DNA of 64,000 nucleotides from a virus, in the IMG/VR virus record IMGVR_UViG_3300030333_002628, positions 7,266 through 71,265 of that record; one strand, given 5' to 3'. Positions 1 to 11,812 of this stretch are shown here, one piece after another. Numbering within the stretch: the stretch's first letter is position 1; every line of letters begins with the position of its first letter. Below the pieces are notes generated by a model. That model ran no database searches. It was not told the origin of the DNA and saw only the letters and a list, made by a program, of their open reading frames with translations. The position numbers and the translations under genes are program-made.

Positions 1-12
1 CCCTCTCTTTGC

Positions 13-297
13 ATGGCGTTTAAGGGCGTGCTTCCCTCTGATTTATGGGATAGATATGACTGTGATACAGGATTCGATAGATTAATACTTGATTTAGAAG
101 TAGCCAACGAGATTAATACTAGAATAAACGAAGCAACAAATAGTGCTTCAAAATCTGGTAGTGGGCTTGCAGATTCAGCAAATGCAGTAGTAGCGCGAAG
201 AAATCAAAGGCGAAAAGAATATTTAAGCAACACCAATGATTTCTTTAGTGCCGTAGAGAAAGCAGGGATGCCTGAAAGGAAGCGAGAGGATGGTTAG
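13..297 (+). CDS. Small protein upstream of tape measure gene; probable tail assembly chaperone (possibly 5'-truncated)
   Basis: Ends 3 nt before the TMP start. The frame is open from position 1, so the real start may lie outside the window. Positional inference only. Confidence 0.4.
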   Translation: MAFKGVLPSDLWDRYDCDTGFDRLILDLEVANEINTRINEATNSASKSGSGLADSANAVVARRNQRRKEYLSNTNDFFSAVEKAGMPERKREDG

Positions 298-300
298 AGA

Positions 301-2976
301 ATGGCACGTATAGGCGCACCAAGGGTATTCTTTAACGTTGTTGGTAGTTTTCAAGCAGCGAAATTGCTAGATGATGCTGCATCCCAAATGACTGTCCTTA
401 ACTCTATTTTCATGGACGGTCTCGGTGGTATAGAGGATGCAGCCGTTTCTTTAGCAGAGCAAATGGAAATGGTAGTGCAAGCCACAGTTCCTTTAAGCGC
501 TGAAATAGAAAGAGCGACAATTGAGTTTGAGAAATTCCTAAGTGTTGGTGATGAAGTTAGTGGTAGGCTTGCTGGCGAAATCATGGGGATTGGTGCAGAG
601 GTTGGATTTACTGCTACCGAATCTTTAGATGCTGGTTCTAGGATGGCTCAACTTTCTGGTATATTCAATGATGAGGTTATCCCATCAGCAACAAAAATGG
701 CCCTAGCCTTCGGTCTTATCGGTGATATGGCCCCAGAAGATGCAATGATAAAACTTATCAACTTGCAACAGCAGACCAACTTCGTATTTGAGAATACTAA
801 CAGGGCGGCCTATGACTTAATGACTACACAGCAACAAAGATTACACGTTGAAAGGGAAATGGCAAGGGTTATCAACCAACTTAACTCGGTTGAGGACAAA
901 TCGGCTGCAACGATGAGTAAGATTATCCGTGTAATGAATGAGTTTGCATCGCAAGCAAGACTAACTGGAGAAGAAATATCCTTTATGGCTGCTATGTCTG
1001 CTACACTAATTGAGGCTGGTGAAGAGCAGGGTAAAGCAGGTAGAGCGCTTAGAATGATTTATGCACGTTTGGGTGCAGACACCAACGGGGCAGCCACAGC
1101 CCTAAATAACATAGGTATTGCTACTAAAGACTCTACTGGCGCTCTAAGGCCACTATCAGCCATTCTTGCAGACTTAGCCCCGCAATGGGAGACTATGGGG
1201 AACGCTCAAAAGCAACAGATAGCGCAAGCAGTAGCGGGTAATCTACACTATGTCCGTTTCCTAAAATTGGCAGAAGGTTTTGGGAGAGTTACAGACCTAC
1301 AAAGAGAAGCAGTCGGGCAGACTGGTGCTGTATTTAATGAGGCTGGAGAGGCTACTGGGTTCCTAAATGATATGATGGAATCTAATGCTAACCAACTTGA
1401 AAGAGCAAGAGCAGAGTTAGAGATGGCTAACGCAGAAATCGGTGATAAATTAATCCCAAATATTATTGAAGCCACGCAGTTTCAAACTCAATTCAATCTT
1501 GCTATTGCAGATACCATAGACAAAGCGGGGCCGCTTGGTGGTATTATGTCTGCTATGTTTGGCTTCCAGCAAAAGATGTCTACTACTTATGCGCCATTCT
1601 TCACTATGAACTTGAATATCAAGGCTCTGATGATTTCCCTTGCCACCATGAGGCAGATTTATAGGGCTATGGATGGAGAGATGTTGGCTAGGGATGGGGC
1701 TGAAAAAGCAGGCCACGCTAGAAGAATGAGTCAAGCAAATCAAATAAATCAGCAACATAGCAAACAAATCTTAGCGTATGAAAATGAGAAGACTGCTTTA
1801 CAAGAATTAAATATTACAAGAAACATGGCTATAGGAAAAACTCGCCAGATAGGTTCTATACAAGCGCAGATAGATAAAAGAAATGTTGCTTTCTATGAGC
1901 GCAAAGCAAAGTTTGAGAAGCATGGGATAGCACTACAAACCACTAACATAGATAAATTGAAACTTAGTAAGGCGGCTACCGGAGAACTCAAGGCTGCTAT
2001 TTTGGCTCAGGCAAACGCAGAGGATGAATTGTATGCCGCCATAGAAAGACGTATAGCGCAACTACCAAGACTAATTCAGGGGGAGAAAAAGTATCAGAAT
2101 ACTAAGAAAGATAACGCTATTTACATTTATGATGATGCAGATGCTATCAGAGAAAGCACAGAGAGACACGAAGAAAGAAGCATGGCTTTATCTGACGAAA
2201 CCCTTGCCAATGCAGCACTTAGCAATTCATTTATGAAAGTAGGTGCTGGTGTAATGGTTACTGATATGTTAGTCATGGGTCTTAGTAGCCAAATAGATAA
2301 ATTCGCTGGTAAGGGAACAGCAGCAAGAATAAGCATGGTTCTAACTGGGGCGCAGATGGTTATCATGGCTGGTGAGACTATGATTACCGCATTTGCTATC
2401 CATGAATTGTCAAAACAACAAATAAAACAGAAGGGAACTTCAGATGCGGGGACGGTTTCTAATACTGCTTATGCTGGTAGTTTAGGTAGAGTAAGTGCTG
2501 CTGCCGCTACAGCAGGCAAAGCATTCATGCGCTGGCTTCCGATAATAGCAGCAGTCGGTCTGGTTCTCTACGCAGTCCAAAAGAGATACAAGATATTTGG
2601 TGACACAAGCAAGAAAGCCACCAAAGAAGTAGAGAACTTAAACGATTCGATGAACGACTTAGAATCTCTGGGAACTAAGGTAAAACTCACTAGCGCTGTA
2701 GATACTGACGCTATCTCTGCCGCCGCAGGTGACATACAGGAGTTTGCTGGCGCAAGAGAGGAGATGTTCTTCGGCTTCAAGGCCGGACAGGTTACAGGAG
2801 ATTTAGTAAAGCAAGTATCTATGGGCGGGGTAGAAAACTTCGTAGCAAACACGGAAGTCGTAATGACTAACAACTTCAATGGTATGACTACAGAAGAAGT
2901 AGCCCAACAAATACTAAATGAGATAGAGAGAGGCGCAAAGGCAAGAGATATAAATCTCTCAGGCGTAAGAATGTAG
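301..2976 (+). CDS. Tail tape measure protein
   Basis: 891 aa, Ala/Gln/Met-rich and helical. TP901-type core motif (GEEQGKAGRALRMIYARL...LNNIGIATKDSTGALRPLSAILADL). Hydrophobic segments near the C-terminus. Confidence 0.9.
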   Translation: MARIGAPRVFFNVVGSFQAAKLLDDAASQMTVLNSIFMDGLGGIEDAAVSLAEQMEMVVQATVPLSAEIERATIEFEKFLSVGDEVSGRLAGEIMGIGAEVGFTATESLDAGSRMAQLSGIFNDEVIPSATKMALAFGLIGDMAPEDAMIKLINLQQQTNFVFENTNRAAYDLMTTQQQRLHVEREMARVINQLNSVEDKSAATMSKIIRVMNEFASQARLTGEEISFMAAMSATLIEAGEEQGKAGRALRMIYARLGADTNGAATALNNIGIATKDSTGALRPLSAILADLAPQWETMGNAQKQQIAQAVAGNLHYVRFLKLAEGFGRVTDLQREAVGQTGAVFNEAGEATGFLNDMMESNANQLERARAELEMANAEIGDKLIPNIIEATQFQTQFNLAIADTIDKAGPLGGIMSAMFGFQQKMSTTYAPFFTMNLNIKALMISLATMRQIYRAMDGEMLARDGAEKAGHARRMSQANQINQQHSKQILAYENEKTALQELNITRNMAIGKTRQIGSIQAQIDKRNVAFYERKAKFEKHGIALQTTNIDKLKLSKAATGELKAAILAQANAEDELYAAIERRIAQLPRLIQGEKKYQNTKKDNAIYIYDDADAIRESTERHEERSMALSDETLANAALSNSFMKVGAGVMVTDMLVMGLSSQIDKFAGKGTAARISMVLTGAQMVIMAGETMITAFAIHELSKQQIKQKGTSDAGTVSNTAYAGSLGRVSAAAATAGKAFMRWLPIIAAVGLVLYAVQKRYKIFGDTSKKATKEVENLNDSMNDLESLGTKVKLTSAVDTDAISAAAGDIQEFAGAREEMFFGFKAGQVTGDLVKQVSMGGVENFVANTEVVMTNNFNGMTTEEVAQQILNEIERGAKARDINLSGVRM

Positions 2977-2983
2977 TGATAAA

Positions 2984-5900
2984 ATGCGTAAATTTGATAC
3001 TAAATATGGGGTATGGCTTGCGGGCTATTACGATGATTTTACAGGGGCTAGAGCAATCGCTAATGACTTTAATCAACCCAGCGTAAACGATGATTACAAT
3101 CATTCACTTTCACATCACGGTAATGCCTTAAATGGTGAAGCCACTTTAAATCCCCGTTTTAGGTGGGCGTTTGTTGATAGAAAGAGGACTTCTGGTAGTA
3201 ACTTCTTCTCACAAGCAACTAATAAATTCCTAAAGAATAACGGTTCTTTTGAATGGTTGGGCTTTGATGGAATAAGAATGAAGCCCTCTACTTGGCATGG
3301 TAGAGCGCAATTACAATACCCAGATGGAAACACTAACGCTAACAGGTATCAATTCGATGGAGATAATACAGAAAAAAGTTACCAGATGTTTACTAATGGA
3401 TATAAAACTTCTGACTTTTACCTGATACCTACTGGTAATATGGATGCTTCATTTGCTAGAACTGCAATTAAAAATTATTCTACAACTAATATGGGAACTT
3501 TCAAAGCAGGTCATCCTACTACTACTAAAGCCCCAACTGATGGTTTTATGAGAACAGCACACTTAACTGGTGTTTGGATGGGAGAAGCATTAGATGTTAG
3601 TAACACTACTAATGACACACCATTGAATCTTTTTGCGCCCCTGAAGTCTGCTAGTGGAAAACCCTTTTTATGTATCAGAAGTATGTGTGCGCAAAATAGT
3701 GACATAGGTAACGTTCCCACTATTTACTATGAAGGTTCTCTGAATAGCGCATCTGATAATGATGTTTTTAGCACCAGAGTAGCAGTTAGGTCTCATAGGG
3801 GGACTAACAGAGTTTCAAGCCTTGCGTCATTAAATGGAGATGGTAAAGGAGTAGAGTGGCCCACATTACAATTCCACATAGGTTACAGTAAACCTACTAC
3901 AAATCTAACTAATAATAGAAGAATAAATAAGAATGGATTTGAAGGCACACCTGCTATAAATTATACTATAGATTTCTATAATCATTCCTTGTTTACTTAC
4001 GATGCTTACGGTGCAGAATACGTGGGCGGTGTGAAACAAACCTATGTAAATGACGACTCTTGGTTGGATATAGATTTCGTTATTAACTATACTACTGGTA
4101 AGTATAGAGTTTTTATTAATGGTAAAGAAGATACTACGCATGGTGGAACTGGTTTTAATCTTGCTGGTAGTCCTACTGCCGCCAATATGTATGGTTGGGA
4201 AATGACACTTAAACCAAGAAATTTTACTGCTGAGGAAACTGGAGGTAACGCACATACTCCAGTAAATAACATACAATACTTAATGATAGATAGAGTGGGT
4301 CTTTTCCATTATATCTCAGATGCTTTGCATTTCTCTTCCGATGAAACCCCACTTAAACAACTACAGATAGATATGAATGCTGGTGGTTTGTCTAACGGAA
4401 GTATTACTCTATATGATGACCCAGCCTATGAAGAGGGAACTAATAACTATGGTTTATTAGATTCAAGTTATCATCATAAATTAACAAATATAGTAAAAAA
4501 TTCAAACGATTGGAATATCCTGATATTTGGTAACGAAGATGTGAATAGAAGAGATAGACCTATTTTCAAAGGTTTGATTAGTAATTATCAAATCAAGCAA
4601 CAAAGAAATACAAGACAAATAAAAATTGATTTCGATGAGCCTTCTGCTTACCTAGAAACACAACTACCCCTTTGGGAAGTGGGGCAAAAGGCCGTAACTG
4701 ATGATAGCGATTCTACTCCTTATTGGTTGTTTGATGCACAGGGCTTTAAACATTTGATGAATTTAGGGGAGAGTAAACTAAAACTACTAAACCCAACGTT
4801 AGGGTTTGATGTTGATGATGGCTATACCGAAAGAAGCGACCAAAGAATGCAGTTAAATAGTTCACACCCAATACAGATGTATAATAATGAAGACGAGTTT
4901 GGGCCAAATGACTTAGAAATATACTACGAAGGCGCAAGAATAAAGGGTATTTTTGAAGAGACGATTAGTAGCACTACCTATACTGTAATTAAACTGGGAG
5001 GTAATCACGGTTTAAGTTCCGGTGATAGTATAACAATTACAGGAAGTATGAATTATGATGGGACATATACTACTGCGGCCAATACTTCTGGTAACAAATT
5101 ATACTTTGCTCAAGGAGATATGCCTTATGTCCCAGATGCACCAAAAATATTCTATGGTGGTAGGCACGTGGGCGCTAAACTTACATACGATAACTGGGTT
5201 CCTCCTAATGGTAGCGCACTTGAAACATGGGGCTGGCCTCTACCATACCCTAATCTAACAGAGGCGCAATGGAATCATGGGGTATTTCTAAAGTTATTTG
5301 TTGATGCAGACCCCGGATTAAAAGCCGGAGATATATTAACAATTAATAAAAACGACCAAGGAAATTGGTATGATGGTGAAACCATAGAGGTTACAAGTGT
5401 AGAGGGGCCATTTAGACAGTATATGCCTTCGGCAACCGCAATTTATCCTTTCCAATTAAATAAGGGATTATACGATACTCTTGCTAAAATGTGGATAATT
5501 AATACAAACTATAGATTACCATATCTCAGTAACAGTAGTTCTCTGACGACTGGTGAACTAGGAGTCTATTGTAAAGGTGTAGTATTTAATGGTAATACGA
5601 CACAAAACGAGCCAGAAGTTACAAACGCTAGTGTAAATCTTATCTCATCAGGGGTTAGAGAAGGTTGGAGGATTGAAAACATAGATGGTGTTTCTAATGG
5701 CCTACCAGAAGAAGGAGACCCCTGGGTAATTACAGACGTTGCCGCAAACACCTTAGAATACGATAATTTTAATTGGGCAAACACTACTGGGCAACAGCAT
5801 TTCGTTCAGGGAGACGGGGCGCTGCTGTATTGGGATGGTAGCGCTACCGTTGATAATAGAATAAGATACTGTAGTGATACCAAAGGAGTAGTAACTTCCT

Positions 5901-8900
5901 CTTCTTTCCCACAGGGCTTTAAACATAAAGCACTTCACGCAAAATGGATGCGAGACTTGCCTCTCTCTTTGTGGTTCAAATATCATTTTGGTAGCATTCA
6001 AAACGTCCCAATATCTACAGGTCATCTAATATCAGCAGTAACACCTTCCTCTACAGAAGTTAGAATTACGTCAGAAATGTATTGGCAATTGAAAAACGCC
6101 GGGGAAGAAAGTGGTATAGGCGAGTTAGTAAGTGCCTCATCTAGCGGGGATAAAGTTTCTCATTTCATATACAGGGGATTGAAATTTGCCTCTCCATTAT
6201 CTACAGATAATAGATATTATTTGACAGGGGTTAAATTTATTAGCAAGGATTTTGCGGGTGGTGCTGCAACTAAAGTAAATATATGCAGAATTTATAATGA
6301 TTACAAACACCTATGGATTCTCTGGGCAGATATGAGAAATAACGGGGATGCTGATGCAGACGGAGGGTATAGAAAAGATAGTTTTGGACTTAAATACCCC
6401 ACCACAGAAAACTATGATGTTTCTTTATTCTTTACAGATAGTGTAACAGAACAAGGAAAACCAACAAAGTTTACTGATTTGAAAATAGGAGAAGATATAG
6501 ATATTTGGGAAGTAGATGCCACTAATGACCCCTCTACTGGTGTTGCTTTCTCCAAACCCATAGATTATGACAATTCTCTTCTTGTAGAGCATGGTAAGGG
6601 AACTGATGATATAGATAACAACGGTGGTTTTACTAGAATAACTAAGAACGGTCACGGTCTATCTCAAGGAGATTATGTATACGTCTGGGATATAAAAGAG
6701 GGCGGAAGCCTAGACACTAGTGGGCGATACAAGGTAACTAATGTAAGTGGAGACGCATTTACCATTGGTCTTGCTTGGGGATTAGGGCAGAATGGGACTA
6801 CTTTTGGTAATGATATTTACCCTTCAATTTGGTTTGCTAAAACCGTTGGCTCGTCAATAGCAGATGCTAAATACCAAGATTGGGAAAACAAGGGTGGTGC
6901 GTTTGTAATAATAGACTCTTCTAAATTCTTTAACCTAAACACTATCGCAAACGGCGGTAGGACTGGGCAAGACGCGGGTGGGCAAACAAGATTAGAAGAG
7001 TTTGTAGCATCTACCAGAGGACACCCAGCGCTTATTGATAATTACTACCAAGAGGCAATAAGTCACGGAAAAAATGTAGAGGGGCTTTTTGATACTCACC
7101 CTAATTCAGATAAACTACTTTTCGACTCTACTTATTTAACTTCTAATGTAGGGATGAGACATTCTGCTATATTTGTAAATGATGTATCTCAATTTCCTGA
7201 AACTGGAATGGGTAAATTAAATGTTATTAAAAATACTGGTGGCACTAGGGTAGATGACTCCATAAAATATTATGTGGTTTGGGGAGGGAAACATTCTACT
7301 AAATTACAAGGAACTGTGACTGGGTTTAACGCAGCCTTTGGGTCTACAAGCCCTACTATAGAAATCATAGATATAAATACTGATGTAACTCCAGTAAAAA
7401 ACGGAATGATAGTAACGCATGACAAAAATGGTAGGAAATACAGAGTTATTAATAATGGGACTGCTGCTGGTGGTGGTTCAGGCTCTAACGTATTTACATT
7501 ACACCCTTACGATTTAGATGATAATTTACGCATTAACAGCGCTAATGATACCGCATGGCAAGTAGGGGACAGTTACACAGTCGATACTCAACTATACAAG
7601 ACCATGATTATTTCTCCTTCGGAAGTGTTTTTGAGACCGGAAAGCATTTTTTATGAGGCAGGTTATGGTAGAGCAACAGGAGAGTTAATTTTTGATAACG
7701 CACCCACTACTTCTTCTTCTACTACTGATATAAGCACTACTAACGGGGCTACAATAACAATTAGGTCATGGTTTAAAAACCCAAAACCTTGGCCGACAGA
7801 AGACAGCCCTAGAAATGTAAGAATGGGAGAACCTATAACATACATCTTTAGAAGCGGGCTAGGTGCATTCGGCCAAACTACCACTACAGAAAACTTTAAC
7901 GGGGCTATACACAGTAGCCTAGACATTACTGACGCTTCTGATTTCCCAAATACTGGTAAGGCTTGGTTATATTTTAGTGGTGATAACTATAATGATGGTG
8001 GGTGGAAACTAATTACTTATACTGGTAAATCGGGCAATAAACTAACTGGCATTACTGGAACATATTTTACTTATCCTTCTGGAACTTCGATTCATGCCAG
8101 CAGAAAAGACCCTACACACCCACAGTATGTCAGGGTTAATGGAACAGGAAATACAACCGCTATAGCGACAGATTTAATGGCTGCAATAAACAGCGTAGAC
8201 GGTAATAATGATGGTGTTGTTGATTCCAAAATTAGGGTAGTTCAAGATACCAATAGATTATCTTTTGAGCAAACAACAATAGGCTCTGGTGGAAATAGTG
8301 AAATTATAGTAACAAAATATGGCAACCAATCAGACTTTACTTCACAGAGGGGTATGCAAGGTGGGGCAGATTTAGAATCAATAGCAACTATACAGAATGA
8401 ATCTACTTTACCAAGAGAACTAAGTAGACTATACGAGTTACACATTAGTAACGACAGGTCTTACAACGTTCCCATAGACCTAAGCCAAGATTCTGCGGTG
8501 ATTAGTAATTCACTTTCTCCTCAATATGCTCTGCGAATGATGATGCAGATAGAAGGAAGCGTTAGGAATAAAAACGCTGGAACTTATTTCGACAACGATA
8601 AATTTAGAACTTTATGGCAAGCAGCGTCAATGAATACTTGGCTTCCCCCAACTAATATCAACGTCCCTATGGATATTAACAACGTTCCCATTACTACTAT
8701 GATGGCTTACGATGGTGGCGCTACTAATAAAAATGATTTTGGCTCTACTGTAGACAGTAGAAATAAAACTCTAGGTGCAACTATAGCAGCAGTCAAAAAG
8801 ACTAGCGGTTACAGCGATGAAGGAAACTATATGCCTTTCACAAAAGTTATGGGTCGGGATGGGAGATTAGATTTTAGACCTAAGTTCAATAGTGGTATAG

Positions 8901-11062
8901 CATTAGATAGAACAAGCGTTAGACTAAGTAATATTGAAGGTGGAGTAGTCTCTAAGATAAGTAATGTAAGAGTTTACTATGATGATGGTGCTTCCTTTGT
9001 GGATTACCCCTCTACTAGTGTGCAAGATACTAGTAAGTGGAAAGTATTTCAATATCCAAAAATCAAGAGTTCTTTAGAGGCACTAAAATTAGCAAAGAGA
9101 CAATATTCTACACTAAAGGATTCCCCACTACAAATAAAATTATCACCTATTCTACAAGGTAATGTAGATAGAATGATGTTACAAAGTGGAAGGTTTGGGT
9201 ATATCGCAGACCCCTATAGAATAAGTCAAATTGCTGATGGTGCGACTGGTGCTAATGAAGGAGTTCAGTATTGGAGTAGGGTTGGAACTGGAGGGTGCTT
9301 ATTCCCCGGACAAGTAAACGCTATGGATGGAAATTTAGGAAAGCAAACTACCCTTGCAGGGTCAAAGAATAGACAAGGACGAAGCGACCAAAAACACGCA
9401 ACTAATGATTTAGATTACTTTAGTCAATATTTTTACTATGGGGCTAACAGCCTAGCGTATGCAGCACAGGTAGTTCATATACCTAATAATACACCGTTTG
9501 TTAGTAACACAAGTGGTAATGAGTTAAGAGTTTTTATCTCCCTAAAGAATGGGCAAACTGGGTCAGATATAGATACTGCTAAGTTTGTAGTCTGGTTAGT
9601 GGATTATAATTTTACTGATAACCACCTAAAGAACGTAGATAGTGTGGCGGGACACTCCAGCAAAAACATATACGGTAGCGGTTTTTATGAGATTCCAATA
9701 CCAGATTCTTATGATGGTGGGGGAGGCAATAATAAAATTGTTTTATCTGTTAACGTAGAATATCTAAAGAGTCTTCTACGACATAGGTGTGGAGAAGGAA
9801 CTACGCACTTGTTGAAAAACGCACACGTTTTAGAAGATGGTAGTAGCACCACAGCCTTAAGTAGTATTTCTACCCATGCGGACGCAAGCACTTCCATCTT
9901 CCCTCTAGGCGGAAGGCAATGGTCTACTGTTCTACCCAACAAAGGATTTTTCCAACAAAGAACCTCTTGGTATGCACCAAGAATAAATGTTACCAGAGAT
10001 ATGTCTTATTGGCCCGGCACTTACATTACCTATACAGACAAAGGTATTGACTTGGATAATGAAGTTTTGACTATACAGGAAATTAGATGGCAATTTGACA
10101 ATCAACAGAAAGAAAAACTTGCTATGACTCTTGAGAGGGATATTAGTTTTGCATCCCAAAGTGTTAGTGCCTATCTATTCCCTTCGTTCCCACATAATAC
10201 TCCAGTAACCCACGATTCCCCTACTGAGTATGTTCCTCCTTCCTTCCCTCAAACTGTAGGTTCTGGGACGCAGACAATTGATTCAGATGATTGGATTGCA
10301 CAAAATCCAGCAGACCAAGGAAATCAAACAGGTATCTATGATAACACAGGCAATGCCTTTACTGAGTATAGACAAAGCCAATCTACTTTTAACCAGATAG
10401 GTAGCGGTGCTTGGGCAGACATTAGAGGCTTTGGCTCTATGACTCAAGACCTCATGGGTTCAAGGGGTCAGTTTGGAATTTTGGGACAAGAAAGACCCCC
10501 TAAAATATCTGCTAGTGTGCGTGGTATAGATGTTGAACTAGAATTTACCCCATCAGAAGGAACAGTTACTAAAGCAAAAGAGGGCTATGCTTTCCCCGGT
10601 AATACTCTACCGGGTGGGGAGACAGGCTACGTTGCTAAGAATTCTATGGAAGCAGAGTTTTCTGTGCCTAAAGATATTTTATCAGACCAGATGGAAATTT
10701 CTGCGGCAATCTCTCATGGTGAGGGAGACCTCTCCATAGAAAGAAGTAACAATCTACTTGGAAGAGAATCGAAAGCACTAATGACTACCAAGATAGAAAA
10801 CATTACTAAAGGAACTACTTTTTCTTCGGAGACTCAAGTGAATAAAGGAATGAGTAATGCTAGAACATATCTTTTCCCAACGCAAAGAGTTACGGGTATG
10901 TCTGCTGGAGATAGAATAAGAGTAACTATAACACGTGACCCAAATAACTCTAGTGATACATCTAACTATTCAGCAGTCACACTACATGGAATAAATGTTG
11001 GTCTACAGAGAGCGAACAACACCAGTTTTGGGACTACGAGTTCTCTTACTCCTTATGAGTGA
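2984..11062 (+). CDS. Very large tail/baseplate structural protein (2692 aa)
   Basis: Directly follows TMP. Gly/Thr/Asn/Ser-rich beta-type composition with modules typical of marine virus tail proteins (HGLSSGDSITITG, HGLSQGDYVYV, ITYTGKSGNKLTG). Confidence 0.7.
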   Translation: MRKFDTKYGVWLAGYYDDFTGARAIANDFNQPSVNDDYNHSLSHHGNALNGEATLNPRFRWAFVDRKRTSGSNFFSQATNKFLKNNGSFEWLGFDGIRMKPSTWHGRAQLQYPDGNTNANRYQFDGDNTEKSYQMFTNGYKTSDFYLIPTGNMDASFARTAIKNYSTTNMGTFKAGHPTTTKAPTDGFMRTAHLTGVWMGEALDVSNTTNDTPLNLFAPLKSASGKPFLCIRSMCAQNSDIGNVPTIYYEGSLNSASDNDVFSTRVAVRSHRGTNRVSSLASLNGDGKGVEWPTLQFHIGYSKPTTNLTNNRRINKNGFEGTPAINYTIDFYNHSLFTYDAYGAEYVGGVKQTYVNDDSWLDIDFVINYTTGKYRVFINGKEDTTHGGTGFNLAGSPTAANMYGWEMTLKPRNFTAEETGGNAHTPVNNIQYLMIDRVGLFHYISDALHFSSDETPLKQLQIDMNAGGLSNGSITLYDDPAYEEGTNNYGLLDSSYHHKLTNIVKNSNDWNILIFGNEDVNRRDRPIFKGLISNYQIKQQRNTRQIKIDFDEPSAYLETQLPLWEVGQKAVTDDSDSTPYWLFDAQGFKHLMNLGESKLKLLNPTLGFDVDDGYTERSDQRMQLNSSHPIQMYNNEDEFGPNDLEIYYEGARIKGIFEETISSTTYTVIKLGGNHGLSSGDSITITGSMNYDGTYTTAANTSGNKLYFAQGDMPYVPDAPKIFYGGRHVGAKLTYDNWVPPNGSALETWGWPLPYPNLTEAQWNHGVFLKLFVDADPGLKAGDILTINKNDQGNWYDGETIEVTSVEGPFRQYMPSATAIYPFQLNKGLYDTLAKMWIINTNYRLPYLSNSSSLTTGELGVYCKGVVFNGNTTQNEPEVTNASVNLISSGVREGWRIENIDGVSNGLPEEGDPWVITDVAANTLEYDNFNWANTTGQQHFVQGDGALLYWDGSATVDNRIRYCSDTKGVVTSSSFPQGFKHKALHAKWMRDLPLSLWFKYHFGSIQNVPISTGHLISAVTPSSTEVRITSEMYWQLKNAGEESGIGELVSASSSGDKVSHFIYRGLKFASPLSTDNRYYLTGVKFISKDFAGGAATKVNICRIYNDYKHLWILWADMRNNGDADADGGYRKDSFGLKYPTTENYDVSLFFTDSVTEQGKPTKFTDLKIGEDIDIWEVDATNDPSTGVAFSKPIDYDNSLLVEHGKGTDDIDNNGGFTRITKNGHGLSQGDYVYVWDIKEGGSLDTSGRYKVTNVSGDAFTIGLAWGLGQNGTTFGNDIYPSIWFAKTVGSSIADAKYQDWENKGGAFVIIDSSKFFNLNTIANGGRTGQDAGGQTRLEEFVASTRGHPALIDNYYQEAISHGKNVEGLFDTHPNSDKLLFDSTYLTSNVGMRHSAIFVNDVSQFPETGMGKLNVIKNTGGTRVDDSIKYYVVWGGKHSTKLQGTVTGFNAAFGSTSPTIEIIDINTDVTPVKNGMIVTHDKNGRKYRVINNGTAAGGGSGSNVFTLHPYDLDDNLRINSANDTAWQVGDSYTVDTQLYKTMIISPSEVFLRPESIFYEAGYGRATGELIFDNAPTTSSSTTDISTTNGATITIRSWFKNPKPWPTEDSPRNVRMGEPITYIFRSGLGAFGQTTTTENFNGAIHSSLDITDASDFPNTGKAWLYFSGDNYNDGGWKLITYTGKSGNKLTGITGTYFTYPSGTSIHASRKDPTHPQYVRVNGTGNTTAIATDLMAAINSVDGNNDGVVDSKIRVVQDTNRLSFEQTTIGSGGNSEIIVTKYGNQSDFTSQRGMQGGADLESIATIQNESTLPRELSRLYELHISNDRSYNVPIDLSQDSAVISNSLSPQYALRMMMQIEGSVRNKNAGTYFDNDKFRTLWQAASMNTWLPPTNINVPMDINNVPITTMMAYDGGATNKNDFGSTVDSRNKTLGATIAAVKKTSGYSDEGNYMPFTKVMGRDGRLDFRPKFNSGIALDRTSVRLSNIEGGVVSKISNVRVYYDDGASFVDYPSTSVQDTSKWKVFQYPKIKSSLEALKLAKRQYSTLKDSPLQIKLSPILQGNVDRMMLQSGRFGYIADPYRISQIADGATGANEGVQYWSRVGTGGCLFPGQVNAMDGNLGKQTTLAGSKNRQGRSDQKHATNDLDYFSQYFYYGANSLAYAAQVVHIPNNTPFVSNTSGNELRVFISLKNGQTGSDIDTAKFVVWLVDYNFTDNHLKNVDSVAGHSSKNIYGSGFYEIPIPDSYDGGGGNNKIVLSVNVEYLKSLLRHRCGEGTTHLLKNAHVLEDGSSTTALSSISTHADASTSIFPLGGRQWSTVLPNKGFFQQRTSWYAPRINVTRDMSYWPGTYITYTDKGIDLDNEVLTIQEIRWQFDNQQKEKLAMTLERDISFASQSVSAYLFPSFPHNTPVTHDSPTEYVPPSFPQTVGSGTQTIDSDDWIAQNPADQGNQTGIYDNTGNAFTEYRQSQSTFNQIGSGAWADIRGFGSMTQDLMGSRGQFGILGQERPPKISASVRGIDVELEFTPSEGTVTKAKEGYAFPGNTLPGGETGYVAKNSMEAEFSVPKDILSDQMEISAAISHGEGDLSIERSNNLLGRESKALMTTKIENITKGTTFSSETQVNKGMSNARTYLFPTQRVTGMSAGDRIRVTITRDPNNSSDTSNYSAVTLHGINVGLQRANNTSFGTTSSLTPYE

Positions 11063-11777
11063 ATGAGTCTCTTAGGGCTAATATTTTTTTGGCTTTGTCC
11101 CTACCAATGCCCTTTATTTCCATCAAATCTTTTTGAGTTCTTCTGCTGTGTAGAATTTTGGGGACGCTACCAAATTTTTGTAATAAATCTATGGCTATTT
11201 GCGGCGTAATACCCGGTATTGCGACTAACATAGAAACCCGATTATCGTAGGTAGGGGCCGTTGCTGCCTTCTTTACGAAATCAGGCAGTCTATTTATCCC
11301 ACCCTCTCCATCTAACATCATCTGCGTGTGATTTATGATTAACCAATTAATAAATTCCTCCATACTTGCAAGTTCCATGTATCGTATCTTAGGAAATCTT
11401 TGGTAGAAGGTTTGCTTGAATCTCTCTATCGCCTTTTGCATACGACTTATTTCAATTGCTGTTTTTTGTCTGCTACTATAACCTTTAACGTATGGTTTTA
11501 GTTTAGTTCCATAGACCACTAGGAAAGGATGCTCAAAGTTATTTTGCAAGTCTATTAACTGGTCTACTATAGTTCTTGTTCTACCTATACCTAGAATACT
11601 TCTGTAAAGGTCATTTATTTCCTTTGCCTCTACTCCCCATTGGCCTATAGCATAGTCAGCAGTCATTAATCTCTTTACCCTTGCTTGTCCGCTTGCGTTA
11701 TCGAGAGAAGAGTCACCCATCCTCATTAGTAAGGAATTGATAATCTTCTGGTTTTCCCTGTCATCTATTAGAAGCAT
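11046..11777 (-). CDS. ERCC4/XPF (Hef-like) structure-specific nuclease with C-terminal HhH motifs
   Basis: IDDRE, TADY and VEAKEINDL (variant of ERKxxxD) motifs; two HhH motifs (IPGITPQIA, IKGIGRDKA). Start moved to MLLIDDRE, about 30 nt below a TATA-like box. Confidence 0.85.
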   Translation of the reverse strand: MLLIDDRENQKIINSLLMRMGDSSLDNASGQARVKRLMTADYAIGQWGVEAKEINDLYRSILGIGRTRTIVDQLIDLQNNFEHPFLVVYGTKLKPYVKGYSSRQKTAIEISRMQKAIERFKQTFYQRFPKIRYMELASMEEFINWLIINHTQMMLDGEGGINRLPDFVKKAATAPTYDNRVSMLVAIPGITPQIAIDLLQKFGSVPKILHSRRTQKDLMEIKGIGRDKAKKILALRDSFTHKE

Positions 11778-11812
11778 AACCATACCAAGAGTAAAAGGTA
11801 TATGAAATGATT